Below, piece after piece: positions 39,866-49,158 of a stretch of DNA of 63,974 nucleotides. The position numbers were made by a program, and so were the translations under genes. The notes under the pieces were generated by a model that was given only the letters and a program-made list of their open reading frames with translations, did no database searches and had not been told where the DNA came from. The stretch is from assembly GCF_029263575.1 (NCBI RefSeq), contig NZ_JAJUFV010000001.1:1-63974 (forward strand). The letters run 5' to 3'. Within the stretch, counting starts at the first letter, position 1; the number at the start of each line of letters is the position of its first letter. The DNA is from Microbacterium sp. (lineage in GTDB: Bacteria > Actinomycetota > Actinomycetes > Actinomycetales > Microbacteriaceae).

Positions 39866-41776
39866 ATGATCGGGAGAAGAACACGAAGGCGCGGCATCGT
39901 TGCCGCCCTCGCCACAGCTGTGACGGCCACCTCGCTGGCGCTGACCGCCCCGATGGCGGCATCGGCGCAGGCGCCGGAAGTGAGGACGGCCGTCGACGCG
40001 GATGAAGCCAGTGCGCTGAACGGCTATCGCAACGTCGGATACTTCACGCAGTGGGGTGTCTACGGGCGCGACTTCCAAGCCAAGCAGCTCGATGTCTCGG
40101 GTGTCGCCGAAGACCTCACACACATCAACTACGCGTTCGGCAACATCCATTACCAGAGCCTTGAGTGCTTCATCGCGAACAAGGCTCAGGGGACCGGACC
40201 CAACGGCTCTGACGGCGCGGGCGATGCGTGGGCCGACTTCGGCATGGGATACACCGAGGCCAACTCTGTCGCCGGTGTCGCAGACACCTGGGACCAGCCG
40301 TTGGCGGGGTCGTTCAACCAGCTCAAGCAGCTCAAGCAGAAGAATCCTGATCTGAAGGTCATGCTGTCGCTGGGCGGCTGGACCTGGTCGAAGAACTTCT
40401 CCGCGGCCGCGGCGACGCCTGAGTCTCGACAGAACTTCGTCGAAAGCTGCATCGACATCTACATCAAGGGAAATCTGCCCGTGATCGATGGGCGCGGCGG
40501 TCCGGGCGCGGCTGCTGGGGTGTTCGACGGTTTCGACCTCGACTGGGAGTGGCCGGGTTCACTCAACGGCGAGGTGGGAAACATCGTCGACGTCGAGAAC
40601 GACGCGGCGAACTTCAAGGCACTGATTCATGAGTTCCGCACGCAGCTCGATGCCCTCTCGACGACAACGGGTAAGCAGTACCAGCTCTCGGCCTTCCTGC
40701 CGGCGAACGTCGCCGACATCGAAGCCGGTGGTTGGAACGACCCGGAGATATTCGAGGATCTCGACTTCGGTAACCTGCAGGGCTACGACCTGCACGGCGC
40801 GTGGGACCCGACGCTGACCGGACATCAGGGCAATCTGTACCCGGACCCGGCTGACCCTCGGCCAGCAGACAGGAGCTTCAGCATCGACCAGGCGCTGCAG
40901 AGCTATCTGGGCGCGGGGATCGACTCCTCGCAGATCGGTCTGGGACTGGCGATGTACGGCCGAGGCTGGACGGGCGCGAGTTCCGCTGACCCGTGGGGTT
41001 CGGCGACCGGTCCCGCCCCCGGCACGTGGGAAGCGGGTATCGAGAACTATGATGAGCTGAAGAACCGGGGCACCGACTACTTCGACGCGGCAGTCGGGGC
41101 GGCCTGGGTGCACGATGGCAACACCTGGTGGAGTTACGACAACCCGCAGTCGGTTGCGCAGAAGGCCGACTACATCGTCGACAACAACCTGGGCGGCGGA
41201 ATGTGGTGGGACCTTTCGGGCGACCGTCAGGGAGATCTGACCACCGTGCTCTCCGATGCGCTGCGCGCGGCTCCTCCGGGAGGCGCGACGGACCCGACGG
41301 ACCCGACGGACCCGACGGACCCGACGGACCCGACGGACCCGACGGACCCGACGGACCCGACCGATCCGACCGATCCGACTGACCCGACCGACCCCACGGA
41401 TCCGGGCGACTGCTCGGCCGCTGCTTGGGACTCCTCGGCCGTCTACACAGGAGGTGACAGCGTCTCCTACGAGGGCGTCGAGTACACCGCCAAGTGGTGG
41501 ACGCAGGGAGACACCCCGGGTGCATCATCGGTCTGGGAGCAGAACGCCGCGTGTGATGATGCGGATCCCACTGATCCCACCGATCCGACAGATCCCACCG
41601 ATCCGACAGACCCGGGCGACTGCTCGGCTGCGGCCTGGGATGCGTCAACGGCCTACACCGGCGGTGACACCGTGTCGTATGACGGCTCGGAGTACACCGC
41701 GAAGTGGTGGAACCAGGGCGAGACTCCCGGATCCCAGCAGTGGGGAGCCTGGGAATCGGTCGGAGCCTGCGCATAG
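39866..41776 (+). CDS. Secreted GH18 chitinase with two C-terminal CBM5/12 modules and TDP linkers
   Basis: Signal peptide from ATG39866 (GAGG upstream); GYFTQW, THINYAF, SLGGWTWS, FDGFDLDWEW (DxDxE), YDLHG; two Y.AKWW.QG modules. Confidence 0.95.
   Translation: MIGRRTRRRGIVAALATAVTATSLALTAPMAASAQAPEVRTAVDADEASALNGYRNVGYFTQWGVYGRDFQAKQLDVSGVAEDLTHINYAFGNIHYQSLECFIANKAQGTGPNGSDGAGDAWADFGMGYTEANSVAGVADTWDQPLAGSFNQLKQLKQKNPDLKVMLSLGGWTWSKNFSAAAATPESRQNFVESCIDIYIKGNLPVIDGRGGPGAAAGVFDGFDLDWEWPGSLNGEVGNIVDVENDAANFKALIHEFRTQLDALSTTTGKQYQLSAFLPANVADIEAGGWNDPEIFEDLDFGNLQGYDLHGAWDPTLTGHQGNLYPDPADPRPADRSFSIDQALQSYLGAGIDSSQIGLGLAMYGRGWTGASSADPWGSATGPAPGTWEAGIENYDELKNRGTDYFDAAVGAAWVHDGNTWWSYDNPQSVAQKADYIVDNNLGGGMWWDLSGDRQGDLTTVLSDALRAAPPGGATDPTDPTDPTDPTDPTDPTDPTDPTDPTDPTDPTDPTDPGDCSAAAWDSSAVYTGGDSVSYEGVEYTAKWWTQGDTPGASSVWEQNAACDDADPTDPTDPTDPTDPTDPGDCSAAAWDASTAYTGGDTVSYDGSEYTAKWWNQGETPGSQQWGAWESVGACA
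41288..41404 (+). repeat. 9-nt coding tandem repeat encoding (TDP)13; first 8 units are identical ACGGACCCG
   Basis: 41288-41359 is 8 perfect copies, followed by 5 synonymous variants. Confidence 0.92.
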
Positions 41777-41799
41777 GACAGCCGACCAACACCCCAGCG

Positions 41800-41839
41800 G
41801 CGGCGGTGCCTCCGGAGCACACTCCGGGGGCACCGCCGC
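41800..41839. terminator. Hairpin between convergent chitinase and mutY
   Basis: GCGGCGGTGCCTCCGGAG-CACA-CTCCGGGGGCACCGCCGC, an 18-bp stem with one G-U. Confidence 0.78.
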
Positions 41840-41841
41840 TG

Positions 41842-42735
41842 TCAGCGCGGCAGACGCAGCACCGTGTCGGTGGCCTCGATGAGCCCATCGGCGATGAGGG
41901 AGTCCACAGCCCGTGCCCGCTGCATCTCATCGGCCCAGTCATGCAGCACAGCATCCACCGACGCTGTGCCATCGGGAGCTTCGCGCAGATGACGCAGCAC
42001 GGCCCCGCGCGCCTGACGATCCGAGCCCTCGTAGCGCGCCTGGCGGGGACGCCTGTCACCGGTATCGGGGCAACCGGCCGCCAACCACGCGCAATCGGTC
42101 CGCAGTGGGCAACTTTCACAGGCGGGCGAGCGTGAAGTGCAGACGGTGGCGCCGAGCTCCATCATCGCCGCGTTGAACACGGCGGATTCGGCATCCGCCT
42201 CCGGCAACAGCGATTGCATCATCGCCAGATCGCGACGCGCAGCCGGGCCGGGGTAGGAGGCGCCCTCGATCGCGCGAGCGAGCACGCGGCGGGTGTTGGT
42301 GTCCACGACCGGATGCCGGTCGCCGAACGCGAACACCGCCACCGCTCTGGCGGTATAGTCACCGATTCCCGACAGTGCGAGCAGGGCGTCGACGTCGCGG
42401 GGAACCTCACCGCCGTGTCGCCGAGTGATCTCCACCGCCGCACTGTGCAACCACAGCGCCCGGCGCGGATAACCGAGATTCGCCCACTGCTGCACGACCT
42501 CTGCGGGTGTCGCCCCGGCAAGCTGCGTCGGTGTCGGCCATCGCTCCAACCACGCCTGAAGACGGGGAATCACCCGCGCCACCGGGGTCTGCTGCAGCAT
42601 GAACTCACTGACCAGGGTGCCCCACGCGCCGAACGATCGATGAAACTCCGGGCGGCGCCAGGGCAGGTCACGAGCGTTCGAGCGATACCACGAGGCAAGC
42701 GCAGGCGCGAGCGAGGAAGACGATGGCGCGGGCAC
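41842..42735 (-). CDS. mutY: A/G-specific adenine glycosylase
   Basis: RDLPWR, LVSEFMLQQT, W..LGYPRRA, HhH L.GIGDYTA, VVDTN..RV, MELGATVC....P.C..CPL...C Fe-S motif. Confidence 0.95.
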   Translation of the reverse strand: MPAPSSSSLAPALASWYRSNARDLPWRRPEFHRSFGAWGTLVSEFMLQQTPVARVIPRLQAWLERWPTPTQLAGATPAEVVQQWANLGYPRRALWLHSAAVEITRRHGGEVPRDVDALLALSGIGDYTARAVAVFAFGDRHPVVDTNTRRVLARAIEGASYPGPAARRDLAMMQSLLPEADAESAVFNAAMMELGATVCTSRSPACESCPLRTDCAWLAAGCPDTGDRRPRQARYEGSDRQARGAVLRHLREAPDGTASVDAVLHDWADEMQRARAVDSLIADGLIEATDTVLRLPR

Positions 42736-42767
42736 CCTCTCAGCCTAGGCCTCGGTAGGCTGGAACG

Positions 42768-43661
42768 ATGGTCGAACCCGGCATCCTTCTCGTCGACAAG
42801 CCCCGTGGGCTGACCAGTCACGACGTCGTCGCCCGCACACGCCGCGCCTTCGGAACGCGCAAGGTCGGCCACGCCGGAACCCTCGACCCGATGGCCACCG
42901 GACTGCTGGTCATCGGCATTGAGGCGGCCACGCGGCTTCTCACCTATGTCGTCGGCGCTGACAAGACCTATCTCGCGACCATCCGTCTCGGGCAGAGCTC
43001 GACCACTGACGACGCCGAAGGCGAGATCGTCGATGTGGCCGAGCCCGCAGCGGTCAGCGGCATCACCCCAGCGGGCATCGCCGCGCACCTGCAGGCGCTC
43101 ACGGGGGAGATCTCCCAGGTTCCCAGCTCCGTCTCGGCCATCAAAGTCGACGGACGCCGCGCCTATGACCGCGTGCGTGCCGGGGAGCAGGTGGAGTTGA
43201 AAGCCCGAACCGTCACGGTGTCGCGCTTTGACGTGCTCGCGGAGCGTTCGGGCGACGGCCACCTCGACCTCGATGTGATCGTGGACTGCAGCTCCGGCAC
43301 CTACATTCGCGCGCTGGCCCGCGACCTCGGCGCTGCGCTGGGCGTCGGCGGCCACCTCACGGCACTCCGACGCACGCGGGTGGGGCCATTCAGTCTCGAC
43401 CACGCAGCCGAACTCGAGAACATCTCTGAGGCATCCCTGCTGACGCCGGCCGTGGCTGCCGGGCAGGTGCTGACGGCGATCGAGGTATCGGCGGACGAGG
43501 CACGAGACCTCCGCCACGGCAAGCGCCTGGCCGGTCAGGCTGCTCGCGTCTGCGGTGCGCTCGCCGCAGCCATCGATCCCGACGGCACGCTCGTGGGAAT
43601 CGTGGCGAAGCGTGGTCAAGACATGAAGAGCAGCATGAACATGCCGGAGGAGTCGCGATGA
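42768..43661 (+). CDS. truB: tRNA pseudouridine(55) synthase
   Basis: DKP.GLTSHDVV, KVGHAGTLDPMATG, SAIKVDG.RAY, CSSGTYIRALARDLG, LRRTRVG. Confidence 0.98.
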   Translation: MVEPGILLVDKPRGLTSHDVVARTRRAFGTRKVGHAGTLDPMATGLLVIGIEAATRLLTYVVGADKTYLATIRLGQSSTTDDAEGEIVDVAEPAAVSGITPAGIAAHLQALTGEISQVPSSVSAIKVDGRRAYDRVRAGEQVELKARTVTVSRFDVLAERSGDGHLDLDVIVDCSSGTYIRALARDLGAALGVGGHLTALRRTRVGPFSLDHAAELENISEASLLTPAVAAGQVLTAIEVSADEARDLRHGKRLAGQAARVCGALAAAIDPDGTLVGIVAKRGQDMKSSMNMPEESR

Positions 43662-44026
43662 TCGGGTGGTTCACCATCGTGTTGATCGGCGTCTCCGTGG
43701 CGGCCGGACTGTTCTGCGTCATCGCCGGCTTGGCGGGTCGGCGCCCCAGCGATTTCTCCGTCGGTGCGCTCGCTCTCGTCGAGGCGCTGCTGATCGTGCA
43801 GGTCGTCCTGGCGATCATCGCACCGCTGGCCGGAAACCCACCCACCGGCGACCTGTTGGAATTCTGGGTCTATCTCGTCTCGGCAGTTGTCCTTCCGGTC
43901 GGCGGAGTGTTCTGGGCACTGATCGATCGCTCACGATGGAGTACCGTCATCCTCGGCGTCGTCGCGTTCGCGATCGCCATCATGGCGTGGCGCATGCAGG
44001 TGATCTGGACGATCCAGATTGCCTAG
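43658..44026 (+). CDS. Small integral membrane protein
   Basis: Four hydrophobic helices; ATGA overlap with truB; GGAGG SD. Confidence 0.8.
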   Translation: MIGWFTIVLIGVSVAAGLFCVIAGLAGRRPSDFSVGALALVEALLIVQVVLAIIAPLAGNPPTGDLLEFWVYLVSAVVLPVGGVFWALIDRSRWSTVILGVVAFAIAIMAWRMQVIWTIQIA

Positions 44027-44071
44027 GCACGGCGTTGGGCATGCGCCGTCGCACGTAGAATGGGAATCGCT

Positions 44072-44494
44072 ATGAGCATCACCCAAACGCGCGCGCGGAT
44101 GACCGGTATCGGCCGTGTCCTCGTCATCGTCTACGCCGTGATGGCCCTCGCGGCCACGGGCCGCAGCTTCGTGCAGATCGTACGCCGATTCGACGAGGCG
44201 CCAGTGGCGTATTCGCTTTCGGCTGCCGCTGCGGTCGTGTACATCGTCGCGACGCTGGGCCTGATTCTGGCCGGGCGGCGTGGCTGGTACACCGTCGCCT
44301 GGGTGGCCATCGTCTTCGAACTCGCCGGTGTGCTCGTCGTGGGTACGCTCAGCATCGTTCTTCCCGAGCTGTTCCAGCACGATTCGGTCTGGTCGGTGTT
44401 CGGGCGCGGTTATCTGTTCATCCCGCTGGTGCTGCCGATATTCGGAATCTGGTGGCTCATCACGCACCGACCGGCCGAGGAGGTGACGCCGTGA
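44072..44494 (+). CDS. Integral membrane protein
   Basis: Four hydrophobic helices (VWS.FG.GY.FIP.VLP); GTGA overlap with ribF. Start ATG44072 or 44060. Confidence 0.78.
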   Translation: MSITQTRARMTGIGRVLVIVYAVMALAATGRSFVQIVRRFDEAPVAYSLSAAAAVVYIVATLGLILAGRRGWYTVAWVAIVFELAGVLVVGTLSIVLPELFQHDSVWSVFGRGYLFIPLVLPIFGIWWLITHRPAEEVTP

Positions 44495-45447
44495 AGATCT
44501 TTCGCCACCCCGGTGAGGTGCCACCCGATTTCGGTCGCTCCGCCGTCGCGATCGGCAAGTTCGACGGTGTGCACGCCGGTCACCGCGCGGTCATCGAAAG
44601 GTTGAAGGCGGATGCCGCGGCATCCGGCGCCCGCACCGTCGCGGTCACGTTCGACCGCAATCCTCTTGCGGTGCTGCGGCCAGAGCTGTGCCCGGAGAAC
44701 GTCACGACGGTGGAGCGCAAACTGGAGCTGCTGGGCGAGCTCGGCCTCGACGCGACGCTGATGTTGACCTTCGATGAGGCACTCGCCTCGCAGTCAGCCG
44801 AAGACTTCGTCACTGACACGCTCGTCGGCGCCCTGCGCGTGTCGACCGTGCTGGTGGGCAATGACTTCCGGTTCGGGCACCGCGGCGCCGGAACCCCCGA
44901 GCTTCTTCGCGAGCTTGGGCCGATCTACGGTTTCACGGTCGATGTGGTCGGCGATGTGTTCCTCGATGATTCCGAACGGCGCGTTTCGTCGAGCTGGGTT
45001 CGCGAGCTGCTCATGGCGGGGGATGTCAAGGCGGCAGCGGCGGTGCTCGAGCGGCCTGTGGACGTGCGCGGCGAGGTCGTGCACGGACACAAGCGCGGCC
45101 GCGAACTGGGCTTTCCCACCGCAAACCTTTCCGAGATCGTCGACGCGCTCGTTCCCGCTGACGGTATCTACGCGGGCTGGCTCGTCGACCACGACACCGG
45201 CATCCGGCACCCGTCCGCGATATCGGTGGGTACCAACCCGACATTCGACGATGTGCTGGTGCGACAGGTCGAAGCACACGTGCTCGATGAAGATGCGCTC
45301 GATCTCTACGGGCACGATGTGACGGTCGAGTTCACCGAACGTCTTCGCGGCATGGTGGCCTTCGACGGGCTCGATGCGTTGCGAGCACAGATGGCTGCCG
45401 ATGTGACTGCCGCGCGTGCACTGCTCACCGGCGAAGTGCGCGCATAA
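44491..45447 (+). CDS. ribF: Bifunctional riboflavin kinase/FAD synthetase
   Basis: IGKFDGVHAGH, VGNDFRFG, VSSS.VR, GRELGFPTAN, GTNPTF, VEAH, LRG...F; GAGG before GTG44491. Confidence 0.97.
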   Translation: MKIFRHPGEVPPDFGRSAVAIGKFDGVHAGHRAVIERLKADAAASGARTVAVTFDRNPLAVLRPELCPENVTTVERKLELLGELGLDATLMLTFDEALASQSAEDFVTDTLVGALRVSTVLVGNDFRFGHRGAGTPELLRELGPIYGFTVDVVGDVFLDDSERRVSSSWVRELLMAGDVKAAAAVLERPVDVRGEVVHGHKRGRELGFPTANLSEIVDALVPADGIYAGWLVDHDTGIRHPSAISVGTNPTFDDVLVRQVEAHVLDEDALDLYGHDVTVEFTERLRGMVAFDGLDALRAQMAADVTAARALLTGEVRA

Positions 45448-45627
45448 CGATTCCGCGCCGTCATGGCGTAAGATATCGGCGAGTCCTCTTTCGATGTGCG
45501 CCGGCTCGGTGCCACGACGAGGGCGAAGCACTGTCCGCACGGTCCTGGCTGGCGCCACACGCGGACGATTCGCACGACACGGATCACCCTCTCCGACGGC
45601 GATCCGATTCTCACGCTCAGGAGGAGC

Positions 45628-47781
45628 ATGCCGACTACGGCAACGGCCGCGACGCGGCGTAAGAAGACGTCTCGCAAGCTCGACGAGGCCCCGCTGATCC
45701 CGATTCTCGCTCGTAAGGTACGAGAGATCGAGGCCAAGGCGCAGCGCGGAAAGCTGGGCCCGACGAACCGAGTGAAGTTCCAGGTCATCGCCTTCCTGGT
45801 GCGTGAGGAGCGCGCCAGGGTGAGAGTAGCCGACGATTTCACCGATGCCGCGCGCGTGGAACTGCTCAAGCGCCTCGACGGCGTCGCCACCATTCTCGCC
45901 AAGACGGCAGCACGTGACACCTCGCTTATTCAGCTGCTTGAGGCAGACCAGGCGACGAGCCCGGTCGCGAAGCGGATGCGCCGTGACTGGCTGCTCGAAT
46001 CGGGCGCCGAGCTGGCGCCGGAAGAACTCATCATCACCGATGCCGCCCCCGTTCAGGCTCCTGTCGTTCCGGCGGCCCTCGCTGACCGTCAGGTGACCCC
46101 GCCTGCGGTTGAATCTCGGCAACTGGCCAATCCGTTCCTTGCACCCGACCTCACCCCCCGCGCGAACACGACACCGCGCCGGCGTCTCGACGGCTGGGAG
46201 CTCATGGGCCCGCTTTACAAGGCCTTCGAATCCGGGGCGGGTGGATCGTCGGCGACCATGGAGCTGCCGGCCGTTCCCGAGTACGATCACGTCTCGCCCA
46301 AGGGGCTCGAGGTCATGGTGCACCAGTCGCGCCTGCTCGAAGCTGTGCGCGCCGGGCATCGCAGCTTCCTCCTGGCGGACGAGCCAGGCCTTGGCAAGAC
46401 CGCGCAGTCTGTGCTGGCCGCCTCGATCGCCGACAGCTATCCGCTCCTGGTGGTCGTCCCCAATGTCGTGAAGATGAACTGGGCGCGTGAGGTCGAACGC
46501 TGGACACCCCAGCGTCGCGCGACCGTGATCCAGGGTGACGGAGCCGACATCGACGCTTTCGCGGATGTCTTCATCGTCAACTATGAGATTCTCGACCGTC
46601 ACTTGTCCTGGCTCGGTTCCATCGGGCTGCGCGGCATGGTCGTCGACGAGGCGCACTTCATCAAGAACCTCACCTCGCAGCGTTCGCAGAACGTGTTGGC
46701 GCTGGCGTCGCGCATCCGTGAGCGCGTACGCGATCCGCTCATGATGGCGCTGACGGGTACTCCGCTGATCAATGACGTCGAGGACTTCGACGCGATCTGG
46801 CGCTTCCTCGGTTGGACCACCGGCGATAAGCCCGGCGACGAGCTGATGCGCAAGCTCGATGACACCGGGCTCACTCCGGCAGACAAGGCCTTCTACAGTG
46901 AGGCACGCGACGCCGTCATCTCGATGGGCATCGTCCGGCGCAAGAAAAAGGATGTCGCCGCTGACCTGCCCGACAAGCTCATTGCTGACCTCCCCGTGCA
47001 GCTGGATGACGAGTACGGTCGCGGCATCCGCGAGGCCGAGCGCGAGCTCGGCGAGCGGCTCGCAGCGAAGTACCGTCGCATCATCGAAGCACGCGGTGAT
47101 CGCGGTGACGCTCGCTCGCTGAGCCGGGCGAATGGGGAAATCGACGAGGACATCGTTCGTCTGGTCGCCACGGGCGAGCTGGAAGAGTCGAAGGCGGCCG
47201 GAACCAGCGGAGACAACGTCTTCACCATGGTGCGCAAGATCGGCGGGGCCAAGGCACAGCTTGCGGCAGACTACGCGGTGCAGCTGCAGCGCTCGGTCGG
47301 CAAGGTCGTCTTCTTCGCGAAGCACATCGACGTCATGGATCAGGCGGAAGAGCACTTCGCCGCATCCGGCATCCGCTACGTGTCGATCCGCGGCGATCAG
47401 ACGACCCCCGCGCGCCAGCAGGCGATCGATGACTTCAACGGCGATGAGGAAGTGGGAATCGCTGTCTGCTCGCTTACCGCAGCCGGTGTGGGACTCAATC
47501 TGCAGGCGGCGTCGAACGTGGTGCTGGCGGAGCTGAGCTGGACCTCCGCCGAACAGACGCAGGCGATCGACCGCGTTCACCGCATCGGGCAGGATGAGCC
47601 CGTCACCGCGTGGCGGATCATCGCCGCCCATACGATCGATACGAAGATCGCCGAGCTCATCGATCAGAAGCAGGGCCTCGCCGCCCGTGCGCTCGATGGT
47701 GAGGCGACCGAGATCAGCGCCAGCGAGTCGGTGCAGGTGGCGGCTCTCATGCATCTGCTGCGCGAGGCGTTGGAGGCCTGA
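45628..47781 (+). CDS. SNF2-like (SF2) helicase/ATPase with long N-terminal extension
   Basis: LLADEPGLGKT, NW.RE, VVDEAH.IKN, LTGTPLIN, AAGVGLNLQ, QAIDRVHRIGQ; AGGAGG before ATG45628. Confidence 0.92.
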   Translation: MPTTATAATRRKKTSRKLDEAPLIPILARKVREIEAKAQRGKLGPTNRVKFQVIAFLVREERARVRVADDFTDAARVELLKRLDGVATILAKTAARDTSLIQLLEADQATSPVAKRMRRDWLLESGAELAPEELIITDAAPVQAPVVPAALADRQVTPPAVESRQLANPFLAPDLTPRANTTPRRRLDGWELMGPLYKAFESGAGGSSATMELPAVPEYDHVSPKGLEVMVHQSRLLEAVRAGHRSFLLADEPGLGKTAQSVLAASIADSYPLLVVVPNVVKMNWAREVERWTPQRRATVIQGDGADIDAFADVFIVNYEILDRHLSWLGSIGLRGMVVDEAHFIKNLTSQRSQNVLALASRIRERVRDPLMMALTGTPLINDVEDFDAIWRFLGWTTGDKPGDELMRKLDDTGLTPADKAFYSEARDAVISMGIVRRKKKDVAADLPDKLIADLPVQLDDEYGRGIREAERELGERLAAKYRRIIEARGDRGDARSLSRANGEIDEDIVRLVATGELEESKAAGTSGDNVFTMVRKIGGAKAQLAADYAVQLQRSVGKVVFFAKHIDVMDQAEEHFAASGIRYVSIRGDQTTPARQQAIDDFNGDEEVGIAVCSLTAAGVGLNLQAASNVVLAELSWTSAEQTQAIDRVHRIGQDEPVTAWRIIAAHTIDTKIAELIDQKQGLAARALDGEATEISASESVQVAALMHLLREALEA

Positions 47782-47997
47782 CCTCGCCGCCCGTTCGAGG
47801 CTGGCAAGAATGGGGATTCTTGCGGTCCGTCGGGCGGGATTGTGGCCGCCAGCTCACAAGAAGAGCGAATGTGCTCTTATGACGACGTAAGATCGGCGGT
47901 TTTCGCGACCCTCGAATGGCGTCGTGCCCGGATGCCCACTAGGGTCGAGTCCAGGCAGCGTCGCCCGTCCCCCTCCCGAAACCTCTAAGGCTCCCTC

Positions 47998-49026
47998 ATG
48001 AAGATCGGTATCCTCACCAGCGGCGGCGACTGCCCCGGCCTCAACGCGGTCATCCGCGGTGTCGTGCTCAAAGGCACGACCTCGTACGACCTCGAGTTCG
48101 TCGGCATCCGGGACGGATGGCGAGGCGCCGTCGAGGGCGACTTCATGCCGCTGACTCGCCACGAGGTCAAAGGCCTGTCGAAGGTGGGCGGAACGATCCT
48201 CGTCACCAGTCGTACGAACCCCTACGAGGGCGAGCGAGGAGGCGCCGAGAACATCGCCAAGACGCTGTACGGACACAAGATCGACGGCATCATCGCGATC
48301 GGCGGCGAGGGAACGCTCGCGGCAGCTGACCGATTGTCGAAAGATGGTGTGAACGTGCTGGGCGTTCCGAAGACCATCGACAACGACCTGCGCGCGACCG
48401 ACTACTCGTTCGGCTTCGACACCGCGGTCAACATCGCCACCGACGCGATGGACCGCCTTCGCACCACGGGTGACTCGCACCAGCGTTGCATGGTCGCCGA
48501 GGTCATGGGTCGCCACGTCGGTTGGATCGCGCTGCACGCCGGCATTGCGGCAGGCGCTCACGTGATCTGCATCCCCGAGGTTCCCATGTCGATCGATGAG
48601 ATCGCGGCACAGGTGACCAGTGCCCATGACCGCGGCCGTGCCCCACTGGTCGTCGTTTCTGAGGGCTTCACCCTCACCGGCATGGACGAGGCATACAGCG
48701 ACAAGGGGCTCGACGCCTTCAACCGCCCGCGCCTGGGTGGAATCGGCGATCAGCTGGCTCCCGAGATCGAGCGCATCACCGGTATCGAGACCCGTGCCAC
48801 GATCCTCGGTCACATTCAGCGCGGCGGATCGCCTTCCGGCTTCGACCGCGTGCTGGCGACGCGGCTCGGCTTGCATGCCGCAGATGCCATCGTCGACGGC
48901 GCCTGGGGCAAGATGGTCGCGATGCAGGGCACCGAGATCGTGCGGGTGCCGTTCGAAGAGGCCCTCGGCGAGCTGAACACCGTGCCGCGTCACCGCTATG
49001 ACGAGGCCGCCGCGCTGTTCGGCTGA
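47998..49026 (+). CDS. pfkA: 6-phosphofructokinase (actinobacterial type, probably ATP-dependent)
   Basis: LTSGGDCPGLNAVIR, GGEGT, PKTIDND, FGFDTA, EVMGRH.GW, LGHIQRGG. Confidence 0.95.
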   Translation: MKIGILTSGGDCPGLNAVIRGVVLKGTTSYDLEFVGIRDGWRGAVEGDFMPLTRHEVKGLSKVGGTILVTSRTNPYEGERGGAENIAKTLYGHKIDGIIAIGGEGTLAAADRLSKDGVNVLGVPKTIDNDLRATDYSFGFDTAVNIATDAMDRLRTTGDSHQRCMVAEVMGRHVGWIALHAGIAAGAHVICIPEVPMSIDEIAAQVTSAHDRGRAPLVVVSEGFTLTGMDEAYSDKGLDAFNRPRLGGIGDQLAPEIERITGIETRATILGHIQRGGSPSGFDRVLATRLGLHAADAIVDGAWGKMVAMQGTEIVRVPFEEALGELNTVPRHRYDEAAALFG

Positions 49027-49033
49027 GGTATTT

Positions 49034-49120
49034 CCGAAAACAGGACGACTGCCCGAGAACAGGACAGGTCTGTAGAAAGTTTCCTGATCTGGAGCGCTTG
49101 TCCTGTTCTCGGACGTCGTC
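49034..49120. repeat. Intergenic element with nested direct and inverted repeats (MITE/REP-like, may act as terminator)
   Basis: CCGAGAACAGGACA (49053-49066) / TGTCCTGTTCTCGG (49099-49112), extended by GACGAC/GTCGTC; direct copy CCGAAAACAGGAC at 49034-49046. Confidence 0.6.
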
Positions 49121-49158
49121 AGGTAGCCGGGTGAAGGCCCGAAGCCCGGCGGAGCGGC

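Noticed and set aside
41288-41404. Short-period repeat array as possible CRISPR
   Set aside because: No spacers, in-frame coding linker, no cas genes.
44794-47754. 986-aa minus-strand ORF
   Set aside because: Antisense to ribF and the SNF2-like gene, both of which carry clear motifs.
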